Shown here: in pieces, positions 36,125-50,978 of the stretch
Numbering within the stretch: the stretch's first letter is position 1
How the letters are laid out: each line of letters opens with the position of its first letter
Assembly: GCF_001194135.2 (NCBI RefSeq)
Contig: NC_068982.1
Span: forward strand, 72,794,585-72,848,675
Reading direction: 5' to 3'
Source of the DNA: Octopus bimaculoides
Lineage: Eukaryota
DNA length: 54,091 nucleotides
Position numbers and translations under genes: made by a program
Notes under the pieces: generated by a model
Seen by the model: the letters and a program-made list of their open reading frames with translations, nothing else
What the model was told of the DNA's origin: nothing
The model's database searches: none

Positions 36125-37456
36125 TGTGCATGTGTATATGTATGTATGTATATGCGACTATAAGTGTGTGTGTAAATACATAAACAGAAATATATATATA
36201 TAAATAAAGTCTGTGTACATAGTATAAATGTGTGTGTGTATATATATATGTAAGTATGAATAAAATGTGTGCGTGTATGGGAAATAGCATTTGTATGGGC
36301 CAGCTGGCTCTAACAATGACAGGCAGCAAACAGTGGCAGAGATAGTGTTTGTGTTTTTGTTTTTTTTACTCTCTCCTTGCTTTGTTTATTATAACAGCAA
36401 TGATAATTATTATCACTACATTCTATTTTCAGAAGGCAGTCTCACAAAAATGCAAGAAAAAAAAAAAAGTCAAAACACACACAAACACACAAATAGGTAT
36501 ATTACAGACACACCTTGTCACTATTCATTTCTTATGTGTTGACAGACATGCTTACATGCATACACACACACATATATGTGTGCGTGAGTGAGTGTGTATT
36601 TAGAAAAGAAATGAAGAAATTAAAGGGAAAAATATGGTTATATGAGTATACACCAATCAAAAATAGATAGACGGCGAAACAGAGATAAAGAACAGAGAGG
36701 TGAGAGTGACCACAGACGAATGACAGAGAGAGAACGTTGCATGCTTCTCATTCCATTCTACCATTCTATGTAATGTACATATATATATNNNNNNNNNNNN
36801 NNNNNNNNNNNNNNNNNNNNNNNNNNNNNNNNNNNNNNNNNNNNNNNNNNNNNNNNNNNNNNNNNNNNNNNNNNNNNNNNNNNNNNNNNNNNNNNNNNNN
36901 NNNNNNNNNNNNNNNNNNNNNNNNNNNNNNNNNNNNNNNNNNNNNNNNNNNNNNNNNNNNNNNNNNNNNNNNNNNNNNNNNNNNNNNNNNNNNNNNNNNN
37001 NNNNNNNNNNNNNNNNNNNNNNNNNNNNNNNNNNNNNNNNNNNNNNNNNNNNNNNNNNNNNNNNNNNNNNNNNNNNNNNNNNNNNNNNNNNNNNNNNNNN
37101 NNNNNNNNNNNNNNNNNNNNNNNNNNNNNNNNNNNNNNNNNNNNNNNNNNNNNNNNNNNNNNNNNNNNNNNNNNNNNNNNNNNNNNNNNNNNNNNNNNNN
37201 NNNNNNNNNNNNNNNNNNNNNNNNNNNNNNNNNNNNNNNNNNNNNNNNNNNNNNNNNNNNNNNNNNNNNNNNNNNNNNNNNNNNNNNNNNNNNNNNNNNN
37301 NNNNNNNNNNNNNNNNNNNNNNNNNNNNNNNNNNNNNNNNNNNNNNNNNNNNNNNNNNNNNNNNNNNNNNNNNNNNNNNNNNNNNNNNNNNNNNNNNNNN
37401 NNNNNNNNNNNNNNNNNNNNNNAAGCATGAACTCAAAGTTATATATGTGCACATGC

Positions 37457-37499
<43 letters not shown>

Positions 37500-37652
37500 A
37501 GCATACATATGCATATAAATACATACATATGTATATACACACACATGTATATGCATGCTTCTGTATGTATCTATATACATGTATGCATTTTTTGCTAATA
37601 TCTATCTGCCTGTCTGTCTGTCTGTGTGTCTATCTATCTATACATACATACA

Positions 37653-37684
<32 letters not shown>

Positions 37685-37687
<3 letters not shown>

Positions 37688-38250
37688 TCATCATCATCAT
37701 CATCATCGTTTAACGTCCATTTTCCATGCTGGAATGGGTTAGATGGTTTCGCAGAAGCTGGAAAGGTGAGGAGCTACACTAAGCTCTATTGTCTGTTTTG
37801 GCATGCTTTCTATGGCTGGATGCCCTTCCTAATGCCAGCCACTTTACTGTGTACTGGCTGCTTTTTATGTGACATCAGCACCGACAAGGTTACTTGCAAG
37901 ACAACCCCCCCCCCCCCCCGCAACCTCAGGTGGGAAGGGTTGTTGCAGTGAGGGGGATGTCTTTGTGATAGTTAATGAGAAAGGTATAAAGAGACAGGGA
38001 ATAGTCTAGTTGAAAAGAGAGCAATAATGAGAGAGATGGTGGTGAAGACGGGTTGGGAAATGCCCTCAAGGGACATTGGTGGTGGTGAGAATAAGTGGGA
38101 TGATAGAAAGGTTTGGACTGGGTGAGTAAGCAGGGTAGAGGTGACTGAGGCAAATGATAGAGTGAGATATACGAGAGGTTTGGAGATGAGGGTTGCAGTA
38201 GGGTAAGTATGTGAGGGTATTGAGGGTGATAACAGATAAGCAAGGTATAT
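37685..38250 (-). mobile_element. Family B retroposon with G-rich (+ strand) extension
   Basis: (CAT)n tail, ggatgcccttcctaatgcc core, then about 300 bp related to 1495-1790. Confidence 0.7.
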
Positions 38251-38559
38251 ATATNNNNNNNNNNNNNNNNNNNNNNNNNNNNNNNNNNNNNNNNNNNNNN
38301 NNNNNNNNNNNNNNNNNNNNNNNNNNNNNNNNNNNNNNNNNNNNNNNNNNNNNNATGTATGTATGTATGTATGTATGTATGTATGTATGTATGTATAAAT
38401 GCACCGCACACATCTGCATATATGTTTATCCATATTTACATGTATATGTTTGTAAATGCATGTATATGTGATTCAAGTGGACTATAACACTCTTCATACA
38501 AATATGTTAGTGATTGACTGTATCACCATCGTCATCGTCGTCGTCGTCGTCATTATCAT

Positions 38560-40615
38560 CATCTTCATCAGGCCATCAAATGGAAGAACACATCTTCTCT
38601 AGGATGTAACTGTATGAACAAAGAATCATTACTTGCACTTTATAATATGCTGTTCATGGAACAAGTGATACTCCAGTCAACCAGTGGTAACAACGTCTTG
38701 GATGTCCGCTTCACAAATAATGTGAAGGTAACAACAACAGCACTTTCAGACCACAACATGGTTGAACTAACAATGTATGGTCCTTGGTGAACTGTTGGCA
38801 TCTACACTATCAGGAGGACACAAGCCATATCCAGCTTGAATTTCAATAAAACAGAATGGAAAACAATGTTCAAAGAGATCCACAAAGGAGACTGGTCTAA
38901 CACTCTGTCTATGCAAGACATTGACTTAAAACTCAGTCAGTTTATATTGACTGATCAAAATATACGCTTTAAATATACCCCAAAAAGAAAGGCCAACATA
39001 TTGACAAACAAAATCCCTAAAGACAGTAAAATCGTTATGAGACGCAGATCAAAGGTCTTAAACTGTTTTAGTATGTAACTGAGGAATAGGAAGAAGTCTA
39101 ATTTAAGACAGACACTCCTGGAAATCGAAAACAAAATCAAACTCTCCCATGGAAAGGAAAGAGCAGAAAGCGAGAGAGAGAAATAGAAAGAGAGGGAGAG
39201 AGAGAGAACGAGAGTGAGAGTAAAAGAAATAGCGAAAGAGAGAGGGAGGAAAAGAGACGGGAAGAGAGAGAGAGAGAGAGAAAGAGAGTGAGTGAGACTT
39301 GAGCTGTGGAAAGCACGAAAAAATCCCCTAAAGTTTTCCTAACGAAACAGCCACTGTATATTTTAAAATAGGACCGTTGTTCTAACTGACCGTTGTTCTA
39401 ATTGACCGTTATTCTAATTGACCGTTGTTCTAATTGACCGTTGTTCTAATTGACCGTTGTTCTAACTGACCGTTGTTCTAATTGACANNNNNNNNNNNNN
39501 NNNNNNNNNNNNNNNNNNNNNNNNNNNNNNNGTTCTAATTGACCGTTGTTCTAATTGACCGTTGTTCTAACTGACCGTTGTTCTAATTGACCGTTATTCT
39601 AATTGACCGTTGTTCTAATTGACCGTTGTTCTAATTGACCGTTGTTCTAACTGACCGTTGTTCTAATTGACCGTTGTTCTAATTGACCGTTGTTCTAATT
39701 GACCGTTGTTCTAACTGACCGTTGTTCTAATTGACAGCGGGCCCGAAATAGATAAGTGAAGTGATCAGTGAATAATCTAAAAGTGTTTTCACCTCCCCAC
39801 GGAAACACATGCAGAAAAAAAACCCGACTAAATTCTGTAACATCGAAGCTCGAAGCTTTGAAGACAAAGGCGGCAACCACCGATTACATCGACACTGAGG
39901 AGGCAGATATAACAGCGGCCATTGATGAAATGAGCTTAATCTCTGCAATTGGTCCCGATGGCTTCCCAGCTATTCTCCTGAAGTCATGTAAGTAGACTTT
40001 AGCAAAACCACTTCAAATACTTTCCCAGAGTTTCCTTGCAAGTGGTAAGCTTCCTAAAAAGCTCACAGAAGGCTGAAAAACTACGACTTTACTCCCTGAG
40101 CGAAGACGCGACAGGTATGTAATAATCTACATATGGAAAATTCTGGAAGGGCTAGTACCTAATTTCGGCATTGAGTGTTCTACAAATGCTCGAACTAAAT
40201 GCCATTGTATTGTACCAAAGGCACCATCCACCCCATCTAAAATCTTGACGAGGTACTTACTGTAATAGCCTGGGGCTCAAAGGCCCACAGCTCTTCAATG
40301 CTCTGTCAAAAAAATTAGGAAACCTACACAATGTGGACGTGGATGTCTTCCAAAAGGAACTAGACATTCTCCTCTCTACAATACCGGACGAACCAACGGC
40401 CCAGCATGAGGTACAGATGAGGACAGTAGTGTCAAACTCCTTCATATACAAAATAGGCTAACAACCAAAGGAAAAGCACATACACGAGTGGTGATATGGA
40501 ATCCCACCAACCTGAAGAAATCAGCCAAAGAAGAATGGTATAAGCGTACAAAATCAGGGTGGTGCTCCAGCGTGACTGCAGTCATTTGGCTGAAACGATT
40601 AAATGAATAAAAACA
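38560..40615 (+). pseudogene. CR1-group LINE with RT core deleted, interrupted by a GA-rich tract and a minisatellite
   Basis: APE end (GNNVLDVRFTN...LSDHNMV), KIGPL, SVFT, AIGPDGFPAILLK, then directly RLKKLRLYSL.(E)RRDRYVIIYIWKILEGLVPN...PDEP, followed by 3' UTR and tail. Confidence 0.85.
39372..39736 (+). repeat. 16-bp minisatellite GACCGTT(G/A)TTCTAA(T/C)T, 19 full units visible around a 44-N gap
   Basis: Counted 7 units left and 12 right of the gap. Confidence 0.95.
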
Positions 40616-41016
40616 ATAATCATTTACTGGCTTTTTTTAGACACGGACAAGTCAGAGGACTACGCCAGACTTCAGTATCTACTTTGGCAAAGTTTCGATA
40701 GTTAGATGCCAACCATTTTACAAAGTATAATGGCTGCTTTTCTTTGCAGCTCCATCAGTGGCGAGTTCACTAACGTCTCGCAAAACAAGACCCTTCAGCT
40801 GAGTGGTATTTAGTTTTGAGGAGTATGAAAGTATGATGGACGGACAAGAACATGTATTTTGCTGAAAAGCTAATACATGGCTTCCTCATCTAGAGAGAGA
40901 GGGGGGAGATGTGAAATCAAGGTACAAGGTGAATACGGAATAGGGGAGAATAAGGATAGACGAACAGTTAAGGTGTTTATATATATATATATATACAAAC
41001 ACACACACACACACAC

Positions 41017-41110
<94 letters not shown>

Positions 41111-41149
41111 CACACGTATATGTACATACTTGTAGCTATACGTATATAC

Positions 41150-41640
41150 ATATGCATATGTGGGTACAGGACATCACGAAACGTGTACAACAAAAAATAC
41201 GAAGTACGAATACATGGAATATGAACTGTTTTTTCGAACAACGAAAAACACAAATGGAAAACATGACGAACAGCATAAAGAAAGACTCTTCATCAGTTGT
41301 TGGCTGTTTTTCTACTCTGATATTTCGAGCATTTAACAACAATATACGCTTTCGATAAAACAGTTGCTCCCGCAAAGCAAATTAAATAAAATTTGGGATT
41401 TTGCAGAGGGTCGAAATTGGTAACACAAACAGGACAGTGATAACAAGCAGGAAGGGCTGCTAAGCCTAAACGAGGTTGTGGTGGCGAACGCGTAAATCAA
41501 GCTTGGACAGGAAACAGACAAAAACACGTCTTCCTTGTTCCAACTACAACAGAGAGAAAGAAAGAAACACAAGTTAGGAGAAGATGGCCGATAGTCACAT
41601 GGGAGCCACGTGAGCAAGGGAGGAAGAGTGAGATATATAC
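41150..41640 (-). mobile_element. Interspersed repeat, paralog of 12950-13580
   Basis: Same ordered anchors; highly diverged between them. Confidence 0.55.
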
Positions 41641-42184
41641 ATTATCAAAATACAATCTTTATGTCCAACTTAACGTGTATGTTTAATTAGAACACCAAAT
41701 ACTGCATTATATACCTAGAGAAAACCTCTGATATGGACTCATAGTTCATAAAAGGACTCGTATTTATATCATTCTCAGACGAGAATCGTCTGCTAAAACC
41801 GGCGGAATTGCCAATTAACGTGATTTCGCTCTGCTTTGGACTCAGTGGCAAGCGTCCGTTACTGACTTAACAGCCGAATCTCACTGTCAAAGATGTACAG
41901 AATACCAGCATCTTTTCTGACACTGGTGTCGCAAATAGCCAGCAGGCTTATTAAAAAATAATCAATAGCGACTGAAGAAGTATTAAAACCACAAGGCGAT
42001 CTTTATGTCCAACTTAACACGAATCCAGATAAGAGATTCTCTCTTGGTAAATAACGCAATCCACGTTAAGTTCGACATAAAGATTGCCTTATGGCCTTAA
42101 TACTGCTTCTGTAGCGATGAATTATATACATACACATATACATACATATGCACACATACATACATACATACATACATACATACA

Positions 42185-42217
<33 letters not shown>

Positions 42218-42240
42218 GCACACATACATACGAGTGACAT

Positions 42241-42860
42241 AAAGGCAGTGTTGGCAAAGTGGTAGTATGTTTCTGAATTTGTAGAAAAATATCATCCTGA
42301 AAAAGTAGCTACAGGTCATGCAGCTGCTTTATTTAATGACACTGCTCTGGCGCATTTTCGTAACATTTTGAAAGGCAGGAAAAAAAAAAGACTTCTCTTG
42401 ATATGTTTCTAATGAAACGACCTGCAAGTGTAAAAAGTGTGTCCAAAAAGCTTAAATTAAGCGAAGTGAGAGAGAAAACGCCAGAAATTGTTCTTTCTGA
42501 AGTCTTAATGGAAGGAGATTCTCCTTTCAAACGATGATTCTCCTCCTCCTCCGTCTATCGTCTTCTTCGCGCACAAACCGTCCCATCTTTAAAGTAATTC
42601 AGTTAATAAAACCAGTTTACATATTTCTTTTGCATTCTCTTTTTTATAATTGTCATTTTACTTGTAATACACCTTTTCTTTTTTAAAATTCATAAAAAAT
42701 TATTTTCGGGTGGTTTCTGGGGACTGGAACGGATTAATTATATTTTAGTTAATTTCAATGGAGAAAATTGATTTGTAAAACGAATAAATCGTAAAACGAG
42801 TAAATCGTAAAACGAGTTCGGTCATGGAAGGAATTAAACTCGTACTGCGAGGTATCACTT
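42241..42860 (+). mobile_element. Tigger/pogo (Tc1-mariner) transposon 3' fragment
   Basis: EFVEKYHPEKVATGHAAALFNDTALAHFRNILKGRK..TSLDMFL resembles a Tigger transposase C-terminus. Ends cgaggtatcactt|TA (TIR-like) with aatcgtaaaacga subterminal repeats. Confidence 0.8.
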
Positions 42861-42882
42861 TACAATATTTAATATGTGTGTA

Positions 42883-43098
42883 AGGCGGCGAGCTGGCAGA
42901 AACGTTAGCTCGCTGGGCGAAATTCTTATCGGTATTTCGTTTGTCTGTACGTTCTGAGTTCAAATTCCGCCATGGTCGACTGTGCCTTTCATCCTTTCGG
43001 GGTCGATAAATTAGGTACCAGTTGCGTAGTGGGAGCAGTCTGATCGACTAGCCCCCGCTCCCCCAAAATTTCGGGCCTTGTGCCTAGAATAGAAAAGT
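42883..43098 (+). mobile_element. SINE family F, full length
   Basis: ggcggcgagctggcagaaacgttagc head, gagttcaaattccgcc B-box-like motif, gtcgactgtgcctttcatcctttcggggtcgataaa domain; flanked by a 20-bp direct repeat. Confidence 0.9.
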
Positions 43099-43118
43099 AT
43101 ATTTAATATGTGTGTAAG

Positions 43119-43310
43119 CTGGCAGAAATGTTAGCACGCCGAGCGAAATACTTAGCAGTATTTTGTCCGTGTTTACGTTCTGAGTTCAAATTACGCCAGG
43201 ATTGACTTTGTGACTTTGCCTTTCATCCTTTCGAGATCAATAAAATAAGTAAGTACCAGTTGAGTACTGGGTCGATACAAACGACTTATCTCTTCTCCCG
43301 AAATTGCTGA
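43119..43310 (+). mobile_element. SINE family F, older tandem copy
   Basis: ctggcagaaatgttagcacgccgagcg...gtcgatacaaacgact. Confidence 0.85.
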
Positions 43311-43440
43311 CTCTGTGTGTGTATAGTTATGTTCTGCATGTATAAGTAAATTTGTTTGTGCGTGTATGTATGTGTACACACACACACATATATCTGTGTG
43401 TGTGTGTGCACCCGTATGTATGTATGTATATATATATGGT

Positions 43441-43810
43441 ACTTTTTGCTTATCTCACCCCATTAAATAATTGGGTTATCTCCCCGACCTGAAAGAATTG
43501 TTTAACCCTCAATAAAACAAAAAACAGAAAATGAAAAAAAAAATCAATAAATATGATAACTGGAAAAATTAACAAACAGGAAAACTGAAAAAAATTAATC
43601 ATCTTATTAAATCTAATAACATTTTTATAACAAATCATACCAGACCTATTGAGGAGGCCAAACGTCAGGAATGTGTTGAAGTATTGAATCAAAAGGATTT
43701 AACACGTTTTATCCAATCTCTTGTCGCCACATAAACTCAATATTCTAGTGGGGAGATAACCCAGTTTTTTAATGGTGATTTTTTAATGGGGGTGATATAA
43801 CCAAAATGTA
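43441..43810. mobile_element. MITE-like element with ~45-bp terminal inverted repeats
   Basis: cttatctcaccccattaaataattgggttatctcccc at left versus ggggagataacccag...aatgggggtgatataacc at right. Confidence 0.55.
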
Positions 43811-44792
43811 AATTTATTTATACANNNNNNNNNNNNNNNNNNNNNNNNNNNNNNNNNNNNNNNNNNNNNNNNNNNNNNNNNNNNNNNNNNNNNNNNNNNN
43901 NNNNNNNNNNNNNNNNNNNNNNNNNNNNNNNNNNNNNNNNNNNNNNNNNNNNNNNNNNNNNNNNNNNNNNNNNNNNNNNNNNNNNNNNNNNNNNNNNNNN
44001 NNNNNNNNNNNNNNNNNNNNNNNNNNNNNNNNNNNNNNNNNNNNNNNNNNNNNNNNNNNNNNNNNNNNNNNNNNNNNNNNNNNNNNNNNNNNNNNNNNNN
44101 NNNNNNNNNNNNNNNNNNNNNNNNNNNNNNNNNNNNNNNNNNNNNNNNNNNNNNNNNNNNNNNNNNNNNNNNNNNNNNNNNNNNNNNNNNNNNNNNNNNN
44201 NNNNNNNNNNNNNNNNNNNNNNNNNNNNNNNNNNNNNNNNNNNNNNNNNNNNNNNNNNNNNNNNNNNNNNNNNNNNNNNNNNNNNNNNNNNNNNNNNNNN
44301 NNNNNNNNNNNNNNNNNNNNNNNNNNNNNNNNNNNNNNNNNNNNNNNNNNNNNNNNNNNNNNNNNNNNNNNNNNNNNNNNNNNNNNNNNNNNNNNNNNNN
44401 NNNNNNNNNNNNNNNNNNNNNNNNNNNNNNNNNNNNNNNNNNNNNNNNNNNNNNNNNNNNNNNNNNNNNNNNNNNNNNNNNNNNNNNNNNNNNNNNNNNN
44501 NNNNNNNNNNNNNNNNNNNNNNNNNNNNNNNNNNNNNNNNNNNNNNNNNNTATATATATATATAACAAAAATGAGCTAAGCGAAATAACTCAGAATAGCC
44601 AGTAGGAAGTATTTGAATAACATAGACAAGTATATCAAATACCATACAACATAATTTATTGATTTATTTGCATTATCTCTTACTCTAGGGGATGTATCAT
44701 AATTTCCAAACGGCAATTATAACCTTACACATGCGCACCTTCACGCGCGTACACATATGTGCAGAAGGTAACATAGTCAGGGAATAATACTG

Positions 44793-44838
<46 letters not shown>

Positions 44839-44884
44839 ATAAGTGACAAACCAGAAAAGATTGGGAAAAAAGGGGACAGGAAAG

Positions 44885-45120
44885 AACAATACTAAATGAC
44901 TATAAGAGAAGGTAGACGGCAAGTACATTTTTGGAAGAGATTTGCATATTTTCTGCAACGTGAGGACCAGAGACGTGAGGTGTTCGGGATTGCAAGACAA
45001 TGCAACGTGAAGTATCGACACGCAGTTGGAAAGAAGTGTGTTCAGAACTATAGCGGTGCATTCGCCCTCACTGAGGTTGTTGAATGAAAATAATGCATGG
45101 GTGAGAAAACTCCTAAACCA
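44885..45120 (+). pseudogene. RTE-clade LINE fragment, same region as 20800-21050
   Basis: KRFAYFLQREDQRREVFGIARQC...VGKKCVQNYSGAFALTE. Confidence 0.7.
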
Positions 45121-45350
45121 AGTAAACTAAATAAACGAATCAGTCATTAAAGTTGGCATCTGTACGGTCGAAAGCTCGATTATAGACATGAGGGAAGATA
45201 AAGCAGTTGGACTATCGAAGATAGCCACTGAGATGCTGAAATATCCGGTGTAGTAGAGTTCACGCTTGTCGATGGTGTAGTTAATCACATAGAGCAGGGC
45301 GTAAGTGTATCATCATTAAGTGTTCTAAGAGCAAATGATATGCTCTAGAG

Positions 45351-45699
45351 CAGGGTTTCTCAACCATTTTTATATCCACGGACCCCTTTGATTACTACTT
45401 TATTCCGGTGGACCTCCATATCCATTCGATGTATAAAAACTAGTTTTATAGAAAATTCTTTCAAAATGCCTTTTTTTTCCCCACACATTAACTTGTGTAG
45501 GTTGAACTATGTAAAACATTAGAGAAAGAAACTTAGCTGTTTCTTGCAATACGAACCAATATATGCATGTAAAGCAACATTTTTTCTGAAGCTGTTAAAA
45601 TATTATTGTAGCTCCTTAATTTACTATTTTGTTGTATCGATCCCCAAAAATCTTATATGGACCCTCAGGAGCCATATGGACCCCGGTTGAGAACCACTG
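45351..45699. mobile_element. hAT (Charlie-like) MITE
   Basis: TIRs cagggtttctcaacc / ggttgagaaccactg; 8-bp flanks ctctagag and gtctcgag resemble an NTCTAGAN target. Confidence 0.8.
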
Positions 45700-45707
45700 G
45701 TCTCGAG

Positions 45708-46082
45708 TAATGCTTCTCAACCATTTTTTTTTTACCTATGAACCCATTTGATTCCTATTTTACTCAGATGGATCTTCCTAGCGATTTGATGTTTAAAAAA
45801 TCATATTTGTATAATTAAATATTTTTAAGAGTTGTATAAAAAAAATGCTAAAATATTTAGTATCGTGTAGAAGTAAATTCAGTTTATTTCACATAAATCT
45901 TAACAACAAACTCTTATATGGACCCCCCCCCCCCCNNNNNNNNNNNNNNNNNNNNNNNNNNNNNNNNNNNNNNNNNNNNNNNNNNNNNNNNNNNNNNNNN
46001 NNNNNNNNNNNNNNNNNNNNNNNNNNNNNNNNNNNNNNNNNNNNNNNNNNGGGCCATGTGGACTACAGCTGAGAATCATTGT
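45708..46082. mobile_element. Second related hAT MITE, gapped
   Basis: taatgcttctcaaccattt...cttatatggaccc...gctgagaatcattg. Confidence 0.6.
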
Positions 46083-46149
46083 TTTAGAGAAAAGTCGTTA
46101 CCGAGGCATCAACTTGATAGACCAAGTTATGAAAGTTAGCATGAAAACT

Positions 46150-46900
46150 AAACAGGACGAGATACAGTTCGGGCTTATACCAAAATTTATTACAACCACA
46201 GTTTTCCTTGTGAGATACATTACAGGAGGAGTATTTAGCTAGGAGAGTTGTTTGCTGTAGCTTGTGCAATCAGATCGATTTTGTTTTCAATATAATTCTC
46301 TCGTTCGATTTCATAAGTGTAAGTAGCATTTTGCTAAGCATTTTTTGGAATTTATTGACATTTGTTCCAGAATGCTTGGCTGTCTTTAAATCGGTGCCAT
46401 TCTCCAATCGATTGCCCTTCTCAGTAATTGTTCCAGACTCACATGGGACTTGACATTTGATTTCAGTCCTGATGGGAAGGTATTCTACAGCTGTTTGTCG
46501 ATGAGAAGTGACAAAACAGTTATAGATTTAGTTTGGGGAGTTGATTTCTGTTTTCACTTACAATAGCCTCGAACCTGTGTTTGATCAAGATAATGCATTG
46601 TCGACAAATTCCTTTGTTGTTAAGTGTAGGTCAGTCACATGGAGTAAATTCTGAGATATTTTGTTTGTTGGCGTGTAAGTTCATCCGAATTTTGTTCGAT
46701 AGAATATGATGATCAGAATTAACTCCTTCAAAGAAATAATATACTTCACTGCTTTATCGCTATTAGCACACTGCTTTCTCACTATCTGTAGGCATATAGT
46801 CAAGTTGAACTTTAACACGAATGGAAGAGGTATGTGTCTGTAATTGATCAGACGGCTATGCAGTAGCGGACTATCGTCTCTAGCATGGCAAACTTCCAAA
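46150..46900 (-). pseudogene. RTE/RTE-X-like LINE fragment (APE end plus linker)
   Basis: EVYYFFEGVNSDHHILSNKIRMNLHANK and TYEIERENYIENKIDLI; many stops. Confidence 0.65.
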
Positions 46901-47338
46901 GAATTTAGAGGCCAGGGAAGTACAAATAAATAAACTTGTATGAACAGACAATTAGAAGAGACACTTCCAGAATTTTCTCGGCAATCCACAACAGTTCTAG
47001 ATAGATCCAGAGAAACTACTATTAAACATGAATCTTGACTTCTAGTTTATCACATGAGATATAACTCACCAAATAACTAGTATCAAAAAGGACCAAGAAA
47101 AGGAAAGAAGTTGGCCACGAAAGTTTGGAAGACTGTGGCAGTTAAAGATACTTCACTTCAGTATACATGCAATAAGTTACCGTAAAACTCAGTTGAGAAG
47201 TATACTTGAGTTTGTATTCTCTTACTCCTCAAGAAAGATAATTTAGAAGTGATTTAAGATTACAGATGGTGGGATACTCTTACAAATAGCAGCAAAAAAT
47301 CTACAAGTTTCTATTGACTTGTATATAAACAGAACTTG

Positions 47339-47445
47339 AGAAGGGATTTCGAAGTGAGAAGGGGTTGCAAAGTGAAGGGATTACGAAGAGAAGTGATTAC
47401 GAAGAGAAGGGATTACGAAGAGAAGGGATTACGGAGTGAAAACGG
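47339..47445 (+). repeat. Degenerate 16-bp minisatellite GAAGGGATTACGAAGA x~6
   Basis: Direct inspection. Confidence 0.8.
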
Positions 47446-47632
47446 TATAGTATGAAATCTGTCTACTGTTGGACAAAGTTTTGTTCATTGAGGGCTCAAG
47501 ATTAAAAATCTGCAAGTATTCTCACTGTTTGTGATCTTCTCAAAAGCTTTCAGCTCTGCTAACTGAGGCAGAATGAAGCAAATTCTTCGTATATACCACA
47601 AGAAGAAGTAGGAGTAATATCACTGTAGATGA

Positions 47633-47852
47633 AGGCAGCAAATTGACAGAATCGTTTGCACGCTGGGCAAAATGCTTAGTGGCATTTCTTCCAGCTTTAC
47701 ATTCTGAGTTCAAATTCCACCGAGGTCGACTTTGCTTTTCATTCTTTTGGGGTCGATAAACTAAGTACCAATTGAGCACTCTGGTCGATGTAATCGACTA
47801 AAAACCTTCGACGAAACTGCTAGTATTGTACCCAAATTTGAAACCAGTATTA
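47633..47852 (+). mobile_element. SINE family F
   Basis: gagttcaaattccaccgaggtcgactttgcttttcattcttttggggtcgataaa. Confidence 0.85.
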
Positions 47853-48269
47853 CTCTACACGAACACAAGAGCTAAAATTCGGTCACCAAGGCGATACGCT
47901 TGCATCATTCCTATTTATTATCTATCTGGGTTGTGTGTTTCGTCATTCTCTTGACAAAGAGAACTCGGTTTCACCACCATAGCAGGTACAGATTATGATG
48001 ATGCTATTACTCTCTTTGTAGGTGCCCCCACGTTCATCTTAGATGCTACTACCTTTCTATGTGACCTTAAAATGTAGCAGCAAATTGTGGTCTGTTTGGA
48101 AATGCCACAAACTCGGAATACATCCGCAATAATCAAGAGAGCGCAACAAACACCATCTAAGAATCTAAAATCAGTAGACCCCTAGGTATGCTTAGAAAGT
48201 AACATCGAATCCACAGAAAATTTGTAAAATTACGTCTTGCGAAAGCATGGGCTGCTTTTGATAGCCACA

Positions 48270-50863
<2,594 letters not shown>

Positions 50864-50866
50864 AAT

Positions 50867-50978
50867 ACACATCCTACGTAAAACACTTTCAAAACAATGA
50901 AAATAAGAGCATCACTTCAAACCACAGAACATACCCAAGGTATACAGAGCTGCACTCGGTAGTGCAGTGAAAGCACGT
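50867..50978 (+). mobile_element. 3' end of a second R4/Dong subfamily
   Basis: HILRKTLS matches the HILRKISS/HILRKILS ORF end of neighbouring copies, but the 3' UTR differs. Confidence 0.6.

Noticed and set aside
39484-39531. True array length and the higher-order repeat across the gap
   Set aside because: The left seven units duplicate right units 2-8 and both sides end in gaca, so a false overlap in the assembly cannot be excluded.
39372-39736. Array of Myb-type YAACKG sites as a regulatory cluster
   Set aside because: The unit is explained by slippage of LINE coding sequence, so the motif match is probably incidental.
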